In this document: one piece after another, positions 25,073-40,077 of the stretch | How positions within the stretch are numbered: the first letter of the stretch is position 1 | How the letters are laid out: every line of letters starts with the position of its first letter | NCBI GenBank assembly: GCA_964016885.1 | Contig: OZ024741.1 | Span: 193,068,001 to 193,132,000, forward strand | From: Eledone cirrhosa | Taxonomy: Eukaryota | Direction of reading: 5' to 3' | DNA: 64,000 nucleotides | The notes under the pieces: model-generated | The model's input: the letters and a program-made list of their open reading frames with translations, nothing else | Databases searched by the model: none | Told to the model about the DNA's origin: nothing | Translations under genes and position numbers: made by a program

Positions 25073-28000
25073 TATCTACTCAGATCAGGCATATCCACTC
25101 GGGCCATGCTTGCCTCTCTCATCCATCTTTCAACAAATTGCTGGGAAGTGAGCACTTCCCCCTCTACCCTGATTTTCCTTTTCAAATGAAATTTGAAAAA
25201 GTTAATCAGGGTATCACCGAGGAGGTAATTGCTCGTCTTCACCCCTTTCAAATGCGTCCACCACACTACCTCTTTCGCCATGGCCACCAGGCAGATAAAA
25301 AATGCCTGCCCTTTCCGGCTAAAGGAAGACAGCGGGGCAATCCCCTCGATGGACTCAGCTGATAGCCGGATCCGTCCTACATGCGACAGTAGGTGTTCGA
25401 TATAAACCCACAAGTCAGCAATGATCAGACACTGGACGAGTGCGTGCAGGATGGTTTCGTCACCCTGCACGCATCTCGGATAGGTCCGGCTGACGGCACT
25501 TCCTTGGCTGTAGAGTTTATCCCGAACTGGCAAAGCTCCCCGGTCGTACTGCCAGGCCAGGGATTTCTGGAAGTTATCTATGAGTCCCAGCCCGAAAGTT
25601 CTCCCGAAGGGATTGGTTACTTGATTTTCGTCGACGCCCAGAGTCTCCCCAAGGACGTCATCGCTCTCCCCTCCACTAATCCTCTATAGAACGCCAAGGT
25701 GGAATTTCCACCGATCTCATCGCCCGATTGGTCTAGGGTTGTAAGCGCCTGAAGATATCCCAGTCTCCAAAAGCTCCCTCTCGGTCTTCGCTTGACCCAG
25801 GACTGCAGCTCCGTCAAGGACACCTGCTAGGGAAATACACGTCTAGCAAACGGCGACCACACCTGAGCACTGTCGAGGAAGATGTGGGGATGCCGTAACC
25901 TGAGCGCATGTTTGCCCAGCCCTCCACGTAGCGGGTGTTGACAGTAAATGAATCGCCTGATGATCGGAGCTCGTCCCTTCCACAAAAAGCGAAAGAGCAA
26001 ACGCTCCAACGCAGTCAGGCGAGGCTTAGGACAAGGCACGACGGTCATGTGTTAGTAGATGACGAACGCGATGTATGCGTTGACAACCCCCGCTCGACTT
26101 TTCAGGGATAGCTGTCTCTCGGCCCATTTCTGGTTGAGAGAGGCCACCCTGCTTGTCACCTCGTCCCAGTTTTCGTCAGTCTGGAGGTCCGGATCGAACC
26201 AGCCCCCTAGCAATTTAACCGGTCCGTCCACCCAGCGCCCGGCGACGCTGTTGGACGGCATGGACCTGCCTCTCCAGATGTCGAGTCGCAGGAGCACCGA
26301 CTTCTCCTGGTTAATCATTGCTCCTGTCACCGCCTCGTATTCTCTTAGTGCCGATCGCTTCGATGTGTTTGGCATTCGACACCACTACGGTGATGTCATC
26401 TGCATATGCTTGACATGGTTCTCCCGCATCCCAGTTCGCGTGGGACGCCCCCAAACGTCGCCAGTTTATGCAGCAATGGTTCGAGAGACAATACGTGCAA
26501 TAGGTATCCTCCCCTATCCGCTAATTCCACACAATCCCAGCGTGCATCCAAGATCCCCTTTCAATCGCCCACTAACATTAAAGCGCGGGACATTCTTAGG
26601 AATGTCTCCAGTCACCTGAAAACCCCCTGCACGATGTAACACATGAGCTGGAGGTTGTCGTGGATCGATCTGCCTGGAATAGTGCATGTCTGCGCCTTTC
26701 CCACCAGACCACAGACGACAAGTGACAACCTCTTTGCTAGCACCTAAGCCCAAATCTTGAACTCTGCGTTTCCCTATGGGCCTGAAATTATCTGTTATCC
26801 TCCTTGTTATGATCCGTTGTCGTCAGCGCTACTGCTCCTGGTCTCACAGAGCTGGGAAATCTCCCGTTCTGCTGCCAGCCGCAGTAGACGTCCACCAAGA
26901 CGTCCCTCTGCTCTATTTTTCTTTTTTGCTAACGCCTTACTACAATTAATGATCTCCATTCTAATCGCCCATTTCAGAGTGAACTACCATTTGTTGTTGA
27001 CGATTGCCCCCGTAAACGCCCGCTTAACTATTTCGCTAATCCGGTCTCTGTAGGCTTTGCGCGCTGCCAATGACGTGTTTAGCTTTCAGGAGCCGGGTCC
27101 CTGTCTATGAAGTCTCAGTTGACCACACAGATCATGAATGTGTGGCCTGTGTAGTTGACTATTTTGAATTGTGGACAACCTATGCTAGAACTATCTATTT
27201 TCTTACAAAATACTCTATGTAAATACGACCTGGATGACCCGATGCGGTTTGTCCACGTCCACATTGGCACATTCGAGAAATCCAGTCGGTACCTGTCAGA
27301 CAGTTAGAAGCATCTGAGCAGGTTTGCGAGGCTTTTACTCCCTCCTTCCCTATCCGCTAATCCCACATTATCCCAGCGTGCATCGAAGATCCCGTTCCAA
27401 TCGCCCACTAACATTAAAGAGCGGGACGTTCCAAGAAAGGTCTCCAGTCGCCTGAAGAAATCTGGCCGTCCTGCCCCTGTCCGGTCATAAACAGCCTCTA
27501 GCCTAAAAGCATAGCCTTCGCTGCTGGTCACGTCCAGCACCACCGACTTACCTTCTGGGTCCAGGAAGATGCTAAGTATCACGATATCCAGGCCTCTCCG
27601 AAACAACACATCGTCTCCGCCTCCCGATCTCGGCCGGCTTGGAGATGTGTACAATTCGTACCCGCCGAAGATAGGTGCGAAGGCATGTGCCTCAGAAATT
27701 CTGGTCTCGCTCATGGCTACCACATCTATGTTCATTAACCCGAGGTCGTTGAGCAGGTGACCTTGCTTCCATGACGAACCCAGGCCACGCGCATTGATGC
27801 TGACTATTCTGAGTAATGTCATGTTGAAAATGAGTGGCAAATGTTGGGAAAAACCATTTTTCTTGCGGGGGAAGGATAGTTTTTACCGTCCTTCTGACTG
27901 ATTGTGCCCCTCCGAAGGATGTCTTTATATACCCTCCTGGAAAATATTTGCCAGAAGTCTCCGATGTCATTGGGGAATGTTAATTTTAGTGTTTTGTATG

Positions 28001-29340
28001 TTTTCTGTGTAATACGAGTGTTTTGTATGTGTGTGGTGGCGTGAATTTTTGGGGTGTTGTATATTTTTTTCTCTAGTGCTGGTGTTGTGTTGGTGTAGTG
28101 CAATAATTGCTTAGTGTTCAAGTTTAATGCTGTGTAGTGTGTATCGGTTTGGTTGCTTTGTTTTATTTGCGTTTGTTGGTGTTATTTGTGATGTTGGTCG
28201 ATGATGGTGTTGGAGTTAATGATGGTGATGGTGTTGGTGTTGGTGTTGGTGGTGATGGGGCTGGTGGTGCCGCTGAGGGTGGTGGCGTAGCTGTCTTAAC
28301 TTTCTTGTTAGTTTGTTTGTTTGATTCGCCCTTTATTTTCTTTTTGGATGACGAAGGAAGGGTTTGGCTTTTTTGGTTTCTTTTTTTCCAGATACAGTTT
28401 CGCACCCCTCCTCCTCGCTATAATCTGTCTTTAGTTGTGAGAGGTCGGGGAGTGGAATGTTCTCCACAGGCGTTGGTGTTGGTTGTGGCGTGGTAGATGG
28501 TGGAGGCGGTGGTGGTGTTGGTCTTACTACCGTTGCTGCTACAGTTGGTGCTGCCGTTGCTACTACAGTTGTTGTGCTGCTGGTTTTGATGGTTGAGTCA
28601 CTGGGGTGGGCGGGAAAGGTGGCCTCAACATTTTAGCCATCTTCCCTCGCCACAAACGACACATCTAGGCCTTCTACCTTCAACGATTACGGTGAGGTGG
28701 CTGCCGTCATGAGATCTATCACCTCTGGAATCTCTGGGATGTTTTTTTTTGGTCCGCTTGGATCAGGAGCTCCATTCCAGATCCGGATCAGTTTTTCTGT
28801 TTTACCCTAATCACCTCGATCACTTTTGAATCGGCCTCGATGTCGGCGAGGACGGCAGCCATCAGCCAGAGAATTTCAAAGGCCGGCGGAACCTGGGTCA
28901 CCCTGATTCTTACCAGCCTCTCACCACAGTAACTTGGGACGAGTGTGAACATATCACTTTTTAATGGCGGTGCTCTCTGGATTCCTGTGGGTACCAAAGA
29001 ACGCGTCCACGGTTCCATATCTTTGAGCACGTCTGATGTGGGTTTTTTGAGCCCACACATGTCCTATAGCTTTCTGGATCTGGGACTTGTATTCCCGTTC
29101 CACTCAGCGTGTTTTTATATTGATTGTGCGTAAAGATACACTGCATAGGCGCAGATGCTCCATGATATTTTATGGGGTGGGGGGTGGGGGGTGGGGGGGG
29201 GGGGGCTCGCTCTGTAACCATTTTTCTGGCCAGATTCAGCTCTTCCTATTACTATTGTTGCTGCTGCTGTTCACAATGGTGGTGGTGGGAGTAGTGTGTA
29301 TGTTAGAGCTGCTGTCACGAGACACCTGGCTAGATTTGGG
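25073..29340 (-). mobile_element. L1/Tx1-clade LINE, decayed and internally deleted/rearranged
   Basis: ORF1 remnant (RLVRIRVTQVPP..WLMAAVLAD); APE SINARGL..VLDV..LVGDWN; RT pieces; C-terminal PRCVQGDETILHALVQC. Confidence 0.85.
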
Positions 29341-29562
29341 GAGGCGAATGCCGTCCATATTTTTTTTTTATTGTTTTTTTGACAAAGAAATTTAAATTTT
29401 GCGCTCAAGGCCACAATATTATTGAGTGTCCTTTTCAGAAAGCAATATATATGAACTTATAAACACTTAACAACAAAAGTTGCCATAACTGGCAATTCAA
29501 AACAACTAAAAACAATAAACCTTTGTGGAGCTCACGATAATACGTTTTCCTACGCGAATCGC

Positions 29563-32500
29563 CAATAATAATAATGATGCTTTCTTTATTAACCACAAGG
29601 GTTTACACAAAGTAGACATTAAGGACAGTACAGGAAAATACAGGACGGTACAAATGGGCATTTCTGCGTGTACAAAAACAAAAACAGAGGATGTAACAAA
29701 AAAAGAACAATGAAAAGTTCCCCAATAGGGGGAGACTTCTAAGGGCCATCGTGGAGAAAGCCCATTAAAAAAAGCCACGGTGACCTTGACCCCCAAGGCA
29801 AGTGCCCTCTCCCAGTTTTCCACCTTCAATTTACAGGCATATACTCAGAGTATATGCCATTCTTACCTCTCTCACCCATTTTTCAACAAAATGCTGGGAA
29901 GAGAACACTTCCCTCTCTACCCTGATTTTCCTTTTCAAATGAAATTTGAAAAAGTTAATCAGATCATCAGCGAAGAGGTAAGTGCTCGTCTTCAGCCATT
30001 TCAGACGCGTCCACCATACTATCTCTTTCGCCATGGCCACCAGACAGATAAAAATGTCTGCCCTTCCCGGCTAAAGGAAGAGGGCGGGGCAATCCTCACG
30101 ATGGACTCAGCTGATAGCCGGATCCGTCCTACACGCGACAGCAGATGTTCGACATGAACCCACAAGTCAACAATGCTCGGCTACTGGGCAAGTGCATGCC
30201 GGACTGTTTCGTCGCCCTGCGCGCATCTCGGACATGCCCGGCTGACGGCACTTCCATGCATGTAGAGTTTATCCCAAACTGGCAAAGCTCCTCGGTAGCA
30301 CTGCCAGGCCAGGGATTTCTGGATATTGTCCATAGGCCCCGGCCCGAAAGTCCTTCCGAAGAGATTGGCTAGTTGATTTTCTTCGACGCCTAGAGTTTAC
30401 CCCAAGTACGTCGTCGCTCTTCCACTAATCCTCTATAGAACGCCAAGGTGGAGTTTCCACCGATCACATTGCCCGACTGGTCGAGGGCTGTGATCGCCTG
30501 AAGACATTCCAGTCTCCAAGCGCTCCCTCTCCGTCTTCGCTTGACTCAGGACTGCAGCTCCGTCAAGGAGACGAGCTGGGAAAGATGCGTCTAGCAAACG
30601 GCAACCACACCTGATCACAGTCGAGGAAGAGGTGGCGATGTCGTAGCCTGAGCGCATGTCTGCGCATCATCAGCCACGGCATGCCCTGCCTTCCACGTAG
30701 CGGGTGTTATCAGCAGATGGACCACCTGACCATCGGAGCGCGTCCCTTCCACAAAAAGCGAAAGAGCAAACGCTCCAGCGCAGTCAGGCGAGGCTTAGGA
30801 CAAAGCACGACGGTCAGGCGGTAGTAGATGACGGACGCGATGTACGCATTCGCTACCTCCGCTCGACCTTTCAGGGATAGCTTCCTCTCCGCCCATTTCT
30901 GGGTGAGAGAAGCCACCCTGCTCGTCAACTCGTTCCAGTTTTTGTCCGTCTGGAGGTCCGGACCGAACCAGACCCCTAGCAATTTAACCGGTCCGTCCGT
31001 CCAGCCCTGACGACGCTGTTGGACGCCATGGACCTGCCTCTCCAAGTGCCGGGCTGCAGGCCCACCGACTTTTCCTGGTTGATCATTGCTCCTGTCACCG
31101 CTTCGTATTCTCTTAGAGTAGTGCCGATCGTCTCGATGTGTTCGACACCACTACGGTGACATCGTCCGCATATGCTGACACGGATCTTCCGCATCCTAGT
31201 TCGCGCGGGACCCCCCTCAACGTCTCCAGTTTGTGCAGTAATGGCTCTAGAGTCAATACGTACAAGAGGGACGAGAGGGGACATCCTTGGCGGACCGAGC
31301 GCATGATGTTGAACGGTTCCAAAAGGTGACCGTTCACTCTCACCACAGTGCAGATGTCACTGTGCATGGCAGCGATCCAGCCTCTGAAGACGGGTCCAAA
31401 GCCAGCCGCCCTCAGGACTGCCGGTGCATAACGATGGTCGACCCTATCGAAACTTTCGACTGATCTAAATTGATCAAGGACCTACCCGTGCCAGGTTACC
31501 TAGCTGCCCTATCCACGATTTATCGATTGAGGTGGAGGTTGTCGTGGATGGATCTGTTTGGAATGGCGGATGTCTGCGCCTCTCCCACCAGACCACCAAC
31601 AACAAGCGCCAACTTCTTTGCTAGCACCTTGGCCAAAATCTTGAACTTCTTTGTGTTTAGCAGAATTATGGGCCTGAAATTATTTATGTTCGGGTCCGTT
31701 CTTCGTAGTGCCAACGCTCCTCAGCTCACAGAGCTGGGAATTCTCCCGGTCAGTAGACGTTCTGTTGCCAGTTGCAGGAGACGTCCGCCAAGAGGCCTCC
31801 GAACAAGTCCGGCATATTTACGTAAAGTTCATAGGGCAGACCATCCAAACCAGGCGATTTCCACCTTATGCAGCCAGTCATTGCCTACCGTTCTTCAGCG
31901 GCCGTTATCGGCTTTTCGCAACACTCCGCCTCAGTGGCCGAGAAACGCGGCTGTCCGTCAAGGTAGGCCTTAAATTCCATCCCTCGATCCGGCCCACCGC
32001 TGCCCCCGAACAGCTGAGCGAAGCCTCGCTGAAAAGCTTCACACATTTTCCCGGGATCGAGTAACATGCGCCGGTCAATGTCTACTAAAGACCGGATCGT
32101 AGCTTTGTTCCCACGACGCGCCTCCACCACTCGGGCCCATTGAATCCCCTCGTGTCTGAGAGCACGTACCCTAGCTCTGACAACGCAGATTTCGTGCTTG
32201 GCATTGAAGAATTTGTCTAGGGCCAATTTCGCCGCAAGTACGTCGGTCGCGATGCCTTTACTAAGTGCCTCGTCTAATTTTCTAACTAGTTCTTCCTCTG
32301 CTCTATTTTTCTCTATTGCTAAAGCCTTACGAAACCTAATGGAGTCTATTCTAATCGCTCTTTTCAGAGAAAACCACCATGTGTTGTTGACGATGGCCCC
32401 CGTAAACGCCCGCTTAACTAGTTCGCTAATCCGGTCTATGTAGGCCTTGCGCGCTGTTAATGACGCGTTTAGCTTCCAGTAGCCGGGTCTATGAAGCCTA

Positions 32501-32915
32501 TCTAAGTCAACCACACAGATCACGAATTTGTGGTCCGTGTAGCTGACTATCTTCTATCTAGATATGATCTGGATGACCCTATGCGATTTGTCCCAGTCCA
32601 CATTGGCACATTCGAGAAATCCAATCGGTACCTGTCTGACAGTTGAAAACGCCTGAGTAGGTATGTGAGGCTTTAACACCATCCTCCCCTATCCGCTAAT
32701 CCCACAAATCCCAGCATGAATCTAAGATCCCGTTCCAGCCGCCCACTAACACTACAGAGCGGGACGTTCCAAGAAAGGTCTCCAGACGCCGGAAGAAATC
32801 AGGCGGTCCTGCTCCTGTTGGGGCATAGGCGGCCACTAGCCTGAAAGCATGTCCTTCTCTGCTGGTTACGTCCAGTACCACCAACTTGCCCTCTGGGTCC
32901 AAGAAGACTGGCCGT
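29563..32915 (-). mobile_element. L1/Tx1-clade LINE ORF2 region, 5'-truncated within the APE domain
   Basis: RLVAAYAP, PGYWKLNASL, NFRPIILLN..KILAKVLA, RSVRQGCPLSSLLY, AYADDVTV; 3' end AATAAAGAAAGCATC(ATT)n; frameshifted. Confidence 0.9.
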
Positions 32916-35074
32916 ATGGAGAGGTTGAAGCCTTTAAAGAAGGCTGTGAGTTCTTTTCTGAACCTGTCGCAAGCAGGTGGGCCGCACTTTGTCATGGTCA
33001 AAATACCTTCAACCTCTCCATACAGGTTGAGGCCAACCTCTCGGTCATTTATTACCTCGACGTTACCCTCAATTTTCGAATGGCATGCACTACCCATATA
33101 GAAAGCCGAATGATACGCTTAATTACATAAGTAAGCATTCTAACCATCCAGCCAACATAACCAAGAACCTGGTAAGAAACATTTCTTTGAGGATTTCCCG
33201 TCTATCTACAAACGAGCATATTTTCACCGAACATTCCACATATTACAATGAAGCTCTTGCTCGGAGTGGATTTGTCGATAAGGTAGCATATACAGAGTAT
33301 GAGAATAGACCTAGAAAAAATAGATCCCGACGCATTATATAGTATAACCCACCATATAATATGGAGGTGACCACACCATTAGCTAAGATCTTTCTCTCCC
33401 TTATTATGAAGCATTTCCTCCAGCACATAAATATAATAACATTTTTAATAAAAATACCATTAAAATGTCTTACTCTACGACTCCTAACCTTGCACATAAC
33501 ATCACTGCTTCAAATTTAGCTAAACTACCTAGCCGTAGGAACACGTGCAACCCTGTAGCTAGCACTAACTGTAATTGCAGGAATCAGGTTGACTGCCCCT
33601 ATCCGGGAAATGCCTCTCTAGTAACATTGTCTGCAAATGTAAGGTTGAAACACCCACGTCCCGTAGGGCCTACATAGGGCTAACCGCCAATAGATTCAAT
33701 CAGCGTTTTTACATGCATACCCATTCTTTTCGTTACCCTTTAAGAAGGAATATGACGTCACTTTCAGGTTATATCTGGAGTCTAAAAGACAACCACATCC
33801 AATATAAGTCACACTGGGAGATCCTAGCTAAAGGTAGATCGTATAACGGAAATAAAAGACCTTGTGACCTCTGCGCCGCTGAAGTCTTGGAAATACTCTA
33901 CGCCAAAGAGGACATCTTAAACAAAAAATCTGAGGCAATTTCGGCTTGTAAACATAAATTGCACAACAATTTCCTGTATTACAGCCCCACATTATACCCT
34001 AACATATAGTACGAACTATACGCGGATAATTTACGTCTTGATGTGGTAGCTAATTATATGATATGTATATACTATTACTTATTTGTATAGGTAAGTATAA
34101 TTACCTGTATGTTTTGTGAAGGTCCGTATACTTTCTCGTACGTATATTTGCTTGTATATGTTATAGGCGTATATATTATATTATATATACTGGTACATGT
34201 GCATATGGTTATGTGTATACGTGAGTTTTGCGTCTGTGTGAGAATGCGGGTTCGCACGTATGTAGGGTGTGTGTATATGTGTACTTTGTGTTTTGGTTGA
34301 CGTACGTTTAGCGTACATATGTGTATTTACATGTAGGTATGTGTGGGCGCGCGTTATACACGTATTTATGTGTGTATATTTATATACATTTATATATTAT
34401 ATGTATACACGCACACACACACACACATATATATATATTTTTTTTTAATATATATATTTATGGGTTTTTGGTGTATACGTTCGTGTGTGTGCGGGTACAG
34501 GCGTTGCGTGGGTTCTGTATGTGCGTGAGTGTTTTTGTGTACGTGCTCGTATTTGCATACCCATGCCGGGTGTTTTCGCGTATGCATGTGTATGTACGTA
34601 CATGGATGCGTGCATGTATATATTTTTGTTGATTTCAATTACCTCTGTAATTTATTTACATTATTCTTAACTCTACGACTTCAGTTATACCATAAACGTG
34701 GTTTTGTCTTTGCGTGTAATTGTTCTCACCGGTCCACTCCATGGCGTATTATCTTCGTTTTTCCGTTCAGTGCCAGAGAACGTCTCCACGAACCACTTAA
34801 TAGAATACTAGTCTACAACTTCATTTATACCATAAACGTGGTTTTGTCTTTGCGTGTAATTGTTTTCTTCGCTCCAAATAATGACGTATTATCTACGATT
34901 TTTTTCGTTCTTTGCCAGGGAACGTTTCCAGGAACCATAGTATCGTCTTCCTGTCTTCCATGGGTTGCAACGTTTTTCAAAATATTTACTTCTGCGTTCA
35001 CAGATTGACTTTTTTAGTTTCCGAAGAACCCGCTAATTGTGAAAGCAGCGATTCTTTGCTTAAACTTTAATCTG

Positions 35075-35075
<1 letters not shown>
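32916..35075 (+). mobile_element. 5'-truncated Hydra-like PLE (RT thumb + GIY-YIG + 3' pLTR)
   Basis: YLDVTLN, YRKPNDTLNYISKHSNHP, CNCRNQVDCP, AYIGLTANRFNQR..HTHSF..SLSGYIWSLK..CDLC..LNKKSE..CKH; stop at 34009; ~141-bp tandem repeat at 34670-34938; ends at (TA)n. Confidence 0.9.
35016..35066 (+). ncRNA. hammerhead variant (U4C core)
   Basis: Stem I AGTTT/AAACT; CCGAAGA; decayed stem II; GAAA 35041-35044; stem III A-GCA-(9 nt)-TGC-T; triplet CUU; homologue at 44469-44532. Confidence 0.55.
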
Positions 35076-35140
<65 letters not shown>

Positions 35141-35141
35141 C

Positions 35142-35174
<33 letters not shown>

Positions 35175-35195
35175 CATATATATATATACATACAT

Positions 35196-38015
35196 ACCCT
35201 CCCCTCTCACATCTCCACAATCAACCACGCCCTTCGCCTGTTCGACTCCTTCACTTTCCCACCCGGCCCACATCCCTTCCTCTTCACCCTAGATATCCAG
35301 TCCCTCTATACTGTCATACCCCACGCCGACGGCCTTCGTGCCCTCCGGCACTACCTCGACCTTCGCCCCTCCTCAATCCCCTCCTCTCCCACCCTCCATC
35401 GCCTCGCCGAGCTGGTCCTCACCCTCAACTGCTTCTCCTTCTCGGGTGAATTTTACCAACAGGTCACGGGGGTAGCCATGGGCACAAGAATGTGCCCAAA
35501 CTATGCCAACCTTTTCGTTGGCCATGTTGAGGCCCAAATCTTTGCCCAGTACACCGGCCCCACGCCCGAACTGTACGGTCGTTACATCGAGGAGTGTATC
35601 GGAGCCACGACCCTCACCTGAGAACAGCTCGACTCCTTTCTCTCCTTCTTCTGCTCCTTCCACCCCTCCCTCCACTTCACCACCTCTATCTCCACCACCC
35701 ACGTCCACTTCTTAGACATCTCCGTCGCCATCGACACGTCACCTCCGCCTTCTTCAATCCCCTCGACTCCCACTCCTACCTCAACTTCACCTCCTCCCAC
35801 CCTACACACACTAAACACTCTATTCCCTACTCCCAACTCCTCCGGATCCGCCGCCTCTGCAGCCAAGATGCTGACTTTGAGTCCCAAGCCCTTTCCCTAG
35901 TCAGCCATTTCATCCGGCGAGGTTCCCCCCCCCTCGTCCACACCGCCCTCACTCGCGCCCGTACTATCCACCGCTCCACCGCCCTCACCCCACACCACCA
36001 CACTCCCACCCACCGTCTCCCCTTCCCATCACCTACCACCCCTCCACCGCACCATCCACCCCTTCACTGTACTCCTCCACCGCACCATCCACCGCCTCTT
36101 CCGACGCCTCCAGTCCAACCCCCTTCACTTCCCCCATCTACCCCCACCCTCCCCTCCTTCAAACGCGCATGCAATCTCCGCACCCTCCTCGTCCACAGCT
36201 CCCTACGCCCCAATCCACGCTCTTCTCCCCCCCCCCCCCGGTTCACCTCCCTGCTCCAGGCCCGGTTGCCACACCTGCCCCCACATCACCAACACCACCA
36301 CCTTCCATGGTCCCAACGGCCACTCTCCCTCTGTCCGGCACGCCTTCCGCTGCACATCCTCCAACCTAGTCTATGGACTCCAACCAACGTCGGACAGACT
36401 GGACGTCGCCTGGCGGACCGCTTTACGGAACACCTCCGGGATATTCGCCTCGGCGGGAGTTCCCCGATCGCCCGCCACTTTCGCTTCCCTGGACATTCCG
36501 CCCACCACCTCACAGTCTGTGGCCTTCTCCAATGCCATGGAACAACCTCCACCCGCCTCACGGTCGAACAACGCACCATCTTCACCCTCCAGATCCACAC
36601 ACCCCCCGGCCTGAACTCCCCATCCCTATTCCTTTAGCCTTCGACCGACCACCCGGCCGCCCACCCTTCCCCCCACCATTTCCCCACTAACACCTCTAAC
36701 GCATCTCCCCTTTAACCACTCTCCCCTTGGCCCATCCCACAACTAACATACTAACACCCTACCCCTCCCCCTAACACGCACACACCCATCTGAACATATA
36801 TACACGCACTCACGCTATCCACACACCCAACCCCCAGTTACACACTCGCTTTCCACCCTTTCCCCACCACATGTAATACTAACACCCCCTAACACACCCT
36901 TTACTACACACACACACTCATCCAAACACGCACACATACACCAGTACACTACACTCCCTCCTCCGTCCCCAACACCTCTTCTCTCCCTCTCTCTCTCTCT
37001 CTCTTTCCCTCTCCCTGCTCCACCCACACCCTTTTACGCACACACATCCCACTAACACCTCTACTAATATACACCCCATCGCCCCACTTCACCACCTTCC
37101 CCATCCACCCTTCACACCTACTCATCCTCTCCCCTGTCCACCGCACCTCCGCACACACAGACACACACACAGTCCTCACCTCACTTCACCTGTCAATCAC
37201 TCTACTGCTATATCTACACCCTGCCTTGACCCTCTGACCACTTCCTGTTGCGCGCGCACCCCACTTTCCTCCACTTCCGATCACCACCAACATTGGATAC
37301 TACACCTTCGGTCATCTCTCCAACCATCCACTCCATATCTTGAAAAATATCCAACACCTCTCCCAACATCTGACGGAACTACCCCAGGACCTTACCCACG
37401 AATATACACTCACACATTTTTATACGCACCACGCCACCCACATCCACACCACATATAAACACAAACACACACGTCCTTACCCCCACATATTCACAACCTC
37501 CGGAATCCACACGCCACCTACCCCAACCCCCTGACCCCTCTCCTTCCACACGTACGCACACACCGACTTACACCCCACCCCACGCACACACCTTTTCCTG
37601 AACATGGAACCTCGTTCTCCTCAAACTCTCACATACACACGCACACACACTCACGTACACCTACACACATACACAAACACCACCTTCAGCCTTCCTCGCT
37701 TCGCCCCCCGCCTCCCTCTCCCAACTCCACCCGCCACCACCCTTACACGCCTCACACTCTTTCACCACTTGTTCATCTTATTGTTCATTCTTATGTTTAT
37801 TTTTACGTTTATTTTTATTTTTATTTGTTCTCCTTCCCCCTTTTTTCTAAATGTATTTCCACACACCCTCTGAACTCTCTTCCTAACCTATTTACTCCTG
37901 AAGAAGGGCTTATGCCCGAAACGTCGTTCCCCACCCCACCCCACTCTCAAAAGCGTGAACCTAATAAACCTTTATTTGTCTGCCTCTCTGTTTTGTTCCC
38001 GTATAAATTTGCACT
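35196..38015 (+). mobile_element. Neptune-like PLE, 5'-truncated, strongly C-rich sense strand
   Basis: GVAMGTRMCPNYANLFVG, YGRYIEE, FLDISV, SSHPTHTKHSIPYSQLLRIRRLCS, linker CSRPGCHTC, VGQTGRRLADRFTEH, TPPGLN; stop at 36637; hammerhead and AATAAA near the 3' end. Confidence 0.9.
37898..37925 (+). ncRNA. minimal hammerhead core of the Neptune-like pLTR
   Basis: CTGAAGA-A-GGGC-ttat-GCCC-GAAA-CG-TC; palindromic ACGT stem III; triplet GUC; stem I not convincingly paired in this copy. Confidence 0.7.
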
Positions 38016-38191
38016 ATATATATATATATATAAGTATGTACACGTACATACATATATATATACAGACGTACAGTAGTATGTATATATATAGCCATACATG
38101 CACACATACATGCACACATACATGTACATACTTATATTTAAGTAACAGCCGTACTATGAGTGGGAAATGAAATTTCGTTTCATTTTTTTCC

Positions 38192-38254
<63 letters not shown>

Positions 38255-38524
38255 CATACATATATATACATATATATACATATATATACATATATATATA
38301 TATATTATATATATATTAGGTTATGCAAGAAATGCTTAGGATTATCCTGAATGCAGTAATGGTTAATTACTACACTAGATAGAGTTGACGTACGGTGAGG
38401 GGTTACTCAACTAGTTATGGAAGAATAGTTGAAGAAACTCAGTTCCTGATCCTTCTGTATTCCGGAGTGTAGATAAAGAATGAATAATAACAGGTAGACA
38501 TCATAAAAAGGTAATTTATTCCGT

Positions 38525-38638
38525 GTGCTTACAAATGTTTCCACGGTGGTACTACAGCCTAGTTATCCTATGTGCAAATTTATAACTATTTGCAAAACTC
38601 AATTATCAAATGCTGTGACCACTGTATCCTCAGAGCAG
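38525..38638 (-). ncRNA. type I hammerhead with ~85-nt stem II domain, in solo pLTR (~38320-38840)
   Basis: Stem I TGCT/AGCA; CTGAGGA; stem II TACAGTGGT.CACAGC..GCTGT..ACCACCGTG; GAAA; stem III A-CA-tt-TG-T; triplet GUA; AATAAA immediately downstream. Confidence 0.75.
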
Positions 38639-38848
38639 AATGGTTAAAATGTAAAATGTGAATACCCTTAAGGGAAGTCATTGGGGAAGATAGAGTAGAA
38701 AAGGAAGAGAAAAAGAAGGGGAGGGGAGAGAGAGATATGCAGGGGTTGGAGAAATGGGAGAGAGTGGTTTGTAGAATACAGATATCTTAATCAAAATGTT
38801 GTGGTAGGGGTTTTATTATACTGGTTACTCTCAAAGCGACAACCTTAA

Positions 38849-39950
<1,102 letters not shown>

Positions 39951-39963
39951 ATATATATATATT

Positions 39964-40062
<99 letters not shown>

Positions 40063-40077
40063 ATATATATTTATATA

